Shown here piece by piece: positions 46,257 to 50,247 of a stretch of 50,247 bases of DNA. The stretch covers positions 1 through 50,247 of the forward strand of contig CAMZED010000002.1 in the NCBI GenBank assembly GCA_947305675.1. The letters are read 5' to 3'. The DNA comes from an uncultured Clostridia bacterium (GTDB taxonomy: Bacteria > Bacillota > Clostridia > Oscillospirales > CAG-382). Below the pieces are notes generated by a model. It was not told the DNA's origin. It was given only the letters and a program-made list of their open reading frames with translations, and ran no database searches. How positions within the stretch are numbered: position 1 is the first letter of the stretch; the number at the start of each line of letters is the position of its first letter. The position numbers and the translations under genes are program-made.

Positions 46257-47741
46257 ATGATCTCACTTTTGATCTCGGTCGCGGTATTGGTGATCGGGTA
46301 TTTTGTTTACGGTAGGTTTACCGAAAAGATATTTGCTCCCGACGGCAGGGAAACCCCCGCGTTAAGGAAAAACGACGGAGTTGACTTCGTGCCGTTAAAG
46401 ACCTGGAAAGCGTTTCTTATCCAGTTGCTGAACATCGCCGGGACCGGCCCGATATTCGGTGCGCTTATGGGCGCGGTGTTCGGACCCGTGGTGTTTATTT
46501 GGATCGTATTGGGCGCGATCCTGGGCGGCGCCGTTCACGATTATATGAGCGGTATGATCAGTATGCGCCACGACGGAGCTTCCATCGCCGAACTTTCGGG
46601 CGAATATCTGGGCAAACCGGCAAAAATCGTTATGCGTGTTTTTTCGGTGGTATTGCTGGTTTTGTGCGGAGTCGTTTTTGTCACCAGCCCGGCGGGTCTG
46701 CTCGAAAAACTCACCCCGGATTGGATGAACGGCACGTTTTGGACTGTCGTCATCATAGTTTATTATCTTCTTGCGACGCTTCTCCCCATCGATAAACTTA
46801 TCGGCAAACTTTATCCGGTTTTCGGCGTGCTGCTTATAGTAATGGCTGCCGCGGTGATCGGAGGCATAGCTTTTTCGGGCGGGGAATACACCATTCCCGA
46901 ACTCACGTTGGAAAATCTTCATCCCGCCGGGACTCCGGTCTGGCCATATATGTTCGTAACCGTCGCCTGCGGCGCGGTTTCGGGCTTCCACGCGACTCAG
47001 TCGCCCATGATCGCAAAATGCGTCACTTCCGAGAAAGCGGGCAGAAAGGTCTTCTACGGCGCGATGATAAGTGAATCGGTCATCGCGTTGGTATGGGCGG
47101 CGGCGGGCGTTTCGTTTTACGGAACGACTCAACTGCTCAACGAGGCGCTCGCAAGCGGCGCTTCAAACGTGGTTTACGAAATATCCACCGGAGTGCTCGG
47201 CACGTTCGGCGGATTTATCGCTGTCGCGGGGGTGATCATCTGTCCGATCACTTCGGGCGATACGGCGTTCAGGAGCGCAAGACTCATCCTTGCCGAAACC
47301 TTTAAACTCGATCAGAAAAGCCTTAAAAACCGTTTGATCATCACGGTCCCTCTTCTTACTGTCGGCGGGGCGATCACCTGGTTCTCGATAGTAAACAACA
47401 ACGGGTTTCAAACGGTGTGGCGCTATTTCTCGTGGAGCAATCAGACTCTTGCGATGATCGCGCTGTGGGTCATGACGGCATATCTGCTTAAAAAAGGCAA
47501 ATACCGTTTCGGATCGCTCATAACCGCTTTGCCTGCGGCGTTTATGACCGCCGTAAGCGTAACTTACATTTTTATTTCCGGCGAGGGATTCAACGCCGGC
47601 CAGACCTTATCGTATATCGTCGGAGCCTCGGTCGCGGCGGTTCTGCTGTGCGTTTATCTGTTCCTGCTCGTTTCAAAACTGCGCGCGGGCGGTTCGGCGG
47701 CGCCCGGCGACAGAATATCCGGGAAGGCTGATCCGGAATGA
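46257..47741 (+). CDS. cstA: Carbon starvation protein A family transporter
   Basis: LLNIAGTGPIFGALMGAVFGP ... GAVHDYMSGMISMRHDG is the CstA N-terminal signature, and the protein has many TM segments. The ATG at 46257 has an AAGGCGG RBS, and the ATG at 46239 has none. Confidence 0.85.
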   Translation: MISLLISVAVLVIGYFVYGRFTEKIFAPDGRETPALRKNDGVDFVPLKTWKAFLIQLLNIAGTGPIFGALMGAVFGPVVFIWIVLGAILGGAVHDYMSGMISMRHDGASIAELSGEYLGKPAKIVMRVFSVVLLVLCGVVFVTSPAGLLEKLTPDWMNGTFWTVVIIVYYLLATLLPIDKLIGKLYPVFGVLLIVMAAAVIGGIAFSGGEYTIPELTLENLHPAGTPVWPYMFVTVACGAVSGFHATQSPMIAKCVTSEKAGRKVFYGAMISESVIALVWAAAGVSFYGTTQLLNEALASGASNVVYEISTGVLGTFGGFIAVAGVIICPITSGDTAFRSARLILAETFKLDQKSLKNRLIITVPLLTVGGAITWFSIVNNNGFQTVWRYFSWSNQTLAMIALWVMTAYLLKKGKYRFGSLITALPAAFMTAVSVTYIFISGEGFNAGQTLSYIVGASVAAVLLCVYLFLLVSKLRAGGSAAPGDRISGKADPE

Positions 47742-48517
47742 TAACCGGCAGTTTCGACCCCAACGGCGCCGAGATCATCCGCGCCGAATATGCGATCCCG
47801 CAAAAAGCCAAAGAAATCGCCGCCCGTTTTTCGGTCGGGACGGTGATAATCACCTTTTCCGGGCAGCTTATGGACGCCCTGCGCGACAGGGGTACGGTCG
47901 AACCGCTCGACAGCGCGCTTTCGGTCGGATCGGCGGCGTTCAAAAGCAATATTTGCCGTGTTAAAAACAGCGATATCGCCGTTGTGCTTTCGGGCATCGG
48001 CGCGCCGAGCGTCGCCGCGGTCATCGAAGAACTTTTTGCGCTGTTCGGGGTGCGGAATTTTGTCGTTTTCGGCTCCGGCGGCGCACTGACCGATATTCCC
48101 GCCGGGTGCCTGATTGTCCCCGAAAAAGCCTGCCGCGACGAGGGGACGAGTTACCACTACGCTGAGCCTTCCGATTATATCGCAATAAAGAACGCCGGAA
48201 AAATATCGCGGATACTCGAAGAAATCGGAATCGGTCATATATCCGGCGGCACTTGGACGACCGACGCTTTCTACCGCGAGACAGTCGGCAACCGAGCGCG
48301 GCGCGTTGCGGAAGGCTGCGTCTGCGTCGAGATGGAATGCTCCGCGGCGCAGGCGGTATGCGATCTGCGCGGGCTGGAACTTTATCAGTTCATATATGCC
48401 GCCGATTCGCTCGACGGTGAATGGTCGCGCAGGATACTCGGCGAGCTGGAATCGGATTCGCGGCTGAAGTATTTCGCCGTTGCATACGAGATCGCAAAGC
48501 GCGTCATGGGAGAATGA
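47738..48517 (+). CDS. Nucleoside phosphorylase family (PNP_UDP_1) protein
   Basis: 259 aa. VVFGSGGAL ... VEMECSAAQAV is the typical phosphorylase family I pattern. An ATGA overlap links it to the cstA stop. Confidence 0.7.
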   Translation: MITGSFDPNGAEIIRAEYAIPQKAKEIAARFSVGTVIITFSGQLMDALRDRGTVEPLDSALSVGSAAFKSNICRVKNSDIAVVLSGIGAPSVAAVIEELFALFGVRNFVVFGSGGALTDIPAGCLIVPEKACRDEGTSYHYAEPSDYIAIKNAGKISRILEEIGIGHISGGTWTTDAFYRETVGNRARRVAEGCVCVEMECSAAQAVCDLRGLELYQFIYAADSLDGEWSRRILGELESDSRLKYFAVAYEIAKRVMGE

Positions 48518-48888
48518 CTTTTAAAATGAGTATTACTATGTTATTCAGCAAATGGTTAGAATGGCAAATCAAATCAATAAAAAACGGGAACGATATTAAA
48601 GCGTTCAACTTCAATCTTTATGAAGCGTCGGATGCAGAAACTGAATTCGATGTGCAAATTGTCGGATGCCCGAGTTATAGCGTCGATGATCCGGACTGGG
48701 CATGCGAAACGGTATTTTCTTCTGGAGAGGATCTTTATCGATTCGATGCCGATGATTGGGAAGCTGCGTTAGAAAAATTCTCAACTATGATAATGGACTA
48801 TCTTGAGAATTGCCCAAATAATGTGTTATCCTTGTGCCCACACATTTCATACGGATTTGTCGATGGGGATTTGATAACTGTTAGGTGA
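48514..48888 (+). CDS. Small hypothetical cytoplasmic protein, candidate immunity-type protein, first gene of a lower-GC islet
   Basis: About 120 aa and acidic, with no signal peptide. Composition drops visibly in GC from about 48520. Alternative starts are at 48526 and 48538. The function is inferred only from the toxin-remnant context. Confidence 0.45.
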   Translation: MTFKMSITMLFSKWLEWQIKSIKNGNDIKAFNFNLYEASDAETEFDVQIVGCPSYSVDDPDWACETVFSSGEDLYRFDADDWEAALEKFSTMIMDYLENCPNNVLSLCPHISYGFVDGDLITVR

Positions 48889-48984
48889 TAGTATCATTGT
48901 AATTGTAATATTATCATTTGCCATATGATGCAAGTTCGAGTGGCAGTTACTATATCGTTATCGTCTCACTGCAAAGACTCGTGA

Positions 48985-49163
48985 AGCATTATACCTGCTA
49001 CCGGTATGATCATGGGCGGCATAAGTGGGGCGTTGAATCCCTCGTTCTGCTTTGTCGCCGGGACAACCGTTTTGACTTTAATGGCGTACTGATAAATAAG
49101 ATAATGAGTCCCGGGTTCAAGCAATTAGTATTACACTTGATTAAATGGGGAAATTCAAAATGA
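48985..49163 (+). pseudogene. Hint-domain N-terminal fragment (polymorphic-toxin PT-HINT type), frameshifted
   Basis: One frame reads ...MIMGGISGALNPSFCFVAGTTVLTLMAY* (Cys codon at 49048). The adjacent frame continues DFNGVLINKIMSPGFKQLVL..., which fits the Hint pattern CFVAGTxVxTxxGxxxIxxIxxGxxV only if a frameshift occurs near 49073-49078. Confidence 0.55.
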
Positions 49164-50053
49164 GATATCAGGAAAAACACATAGGATCACGGTTTGCCGC
49201 AAGGTTTCTTGAGCTGGCGGTTTATGACGATGAGGACGTTTCGGAACTGAAAACACTTTCGCCCGAGAAAAACGTGATGACCGAGGTTGAGTTCTTGCCA
49301 TATCTCAAATACTTCACAAGTATCGAGAACCTCATATTGCTTCCCGGGGAAATGCCCGAAGATCCTGCACGGCATCTCGCCGGGCTTCAAAACGTCGTGC
49401 GGTTGGGAATAGAATACGATAACCGCGACGCCGACGATGAATACCGCCTCGATCTGTCGGCGTTCAGGAACGTTGAGTATATTGCATCAAAATCCTCGTG
49501 GAATTTCAGAAACGCAGGAGCGGCGACCGCGCTGAAATATTTGCAGGTCCAGTATTGGTGTGAAGATGATCTTGAGTCGCTCGCCGGAACGAATATCGAT
49601 ACGCTTTCGATTTCCGGCGGCAGACTGTGCACTCTTGAAGTGTCGGAGCAAATTCCGCTTAAGGTATTATCGCTTTCATACTTAAGGCGGCTCGAAAGCC
49701 TTTCGGGAGTGGAAGCTCTGCCTTTGAAAATGTTGGAGCTGGATCATTGCTCGAAAATCAGCGACTTTGATCTTCTTCGCGAAAGCACGGTCGAGTATTT
49801 GCTGTTATACGGCGGCAACCGCTTGAACGATATAGGCTTTATTTCCGATATGCGCTGTCTGCGCAGAGCAATGCTCGACGTTTTTGTCGGCAACGGAGAT
49901 CTGTCCCCGCTCGACTCGTTGGAAAAAGCGGTGATCCTTACCGACAAAAAGAATTTCAACCGCAAAAATTCCGATCTACCAAAAACGGCAGAAGAATACT
50001 CCGTCAGCGGGATCCCTTCGTGGCGATTCCTTTTCGGCGACAGAAGATTATAA
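49145..50053 (+). CDS. Leucine-rich-repeat protein (candidate immunity or orphan protein)
   Basis: 302 aa with repeated LxxLxL-type units (IENLILLPG, LKVLSLSYLRRLESLSG, LKMLELDHCSKISDFDLL, VEYLLLYGGNRLNDIGFI). No signal peptide. An alternative start at 49160 has a GGGGA RBS. Confidence 0.65.
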   Translation: MGKFKMRYQEKHIGSRFAARFLELAVYDDEDVSELKTLSPEKNVMTEVEFLPYLKYFTSIENLILLPGEMPEDPARHLAGLQNVVRLGIEYDNRDADDEYRLDLSAFRNVEYIASKSSWNFRNAGAATALKYLQVQYWCEDDLESLAGTNIDTLSISGGRLCTLEVSEQIPLKVLSLSYLRRLESLSGVEALPLKMLELDHCSKISDFDLLRESTVEYLLLYGGNRLNDIGFISDMRCLRRAMLDVFVGNGDLSPLDSLEKAVILTDKKNFNRKNSDLPKTAEEYSVSGIPSWRFLFGDRRL

Positions 50054-50247
50054 ACTGCGAACGTAAAACTCAACTGCGAAACTCTACGCTGCACAGAAGT
50101 GCACCCGTTCCAGGTAAAAGGCAAAGGCTGGGTCAATGCCGTCGATCTGCAGGAAGGCGAGCTTGTTTACGACAGGGATTGGAACGCGTACGCGATAACT
50201 CGAGTAACACATATCACCCTTTCTGAACCGGTAGAAGTATATAACTT
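50054..50247 (+). pseudogene. Hint-domain C-terminal half without a start codon, in frame with the LRR ORF, running off the window end
   Basis: The translation directly after the TAA at 50051-50053 is TANVKLNCETLRCTEVHPFQVKGKGWVNAVDLQEGELVYDRDWNAYAITRVTHITLSEPVEVYN. This matches the Hint blocks TxxHPFxV..GWxxAxxLxxGxxL ... VxVYN. Confidence 0.6.

Overview
High-GC chromosomal segment that looks Firmicutes/Clostridia-like. This is inferred from gene content (tepA, dnaD/dnaI, hisS-aspS, SLH-like and lipobox proteins) and from sigma-A type promoters. It is densely coding and mostly core: tRNA-Gly(CCC), TepA-like and ClpP proteases, a 2349-aa cyclic beta-1,2-glucan synthase-like protein, nrdR, deoD, ddl-murI, dnaD-like/dnaI/rnhA, proS, hisS-aspS and cstA. 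Accessory or unusual content falls into six groups. (i) The left edge has a methyltransferase-like pseudogene, an inverted array of (A)ATGATG + GC-hairpin units, and a 26-nt duplicate of the tRNA-Gly 3' end, which looks like an integration scar. (ii) A block of secreted lipoproteins shares discoidin and Ig-like modules and includes two tandem paralogs with acidic repeat linkers. (iii) A five-gene minus-strand operon encodes a surface protein, a membrane protein, a Nudix hydrolase and two beta-lactamase-like serine hydrolases. (iv) A translationally coupled operon joins a MinD-like ATPase and a catalytically dead methylglyoxal-synthase-like protein to hisS-aspS and a transglutaminase-like lipoprotein. 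(v) A GldA/F/G-like ABC module is followed by an oversized discoidin-containing membrane protein. (vi) The right edge is a visibly lower-GC islet with polymorphic-toxin debris: the two halves of a Hint domain flank an LRR ORF, and the window ends inside the second half. No CRISPR array, rRNA, intact transposase or recognisable defence system was seen. The many long ORFs antisense to known genes are treated as high-GC artefacts.
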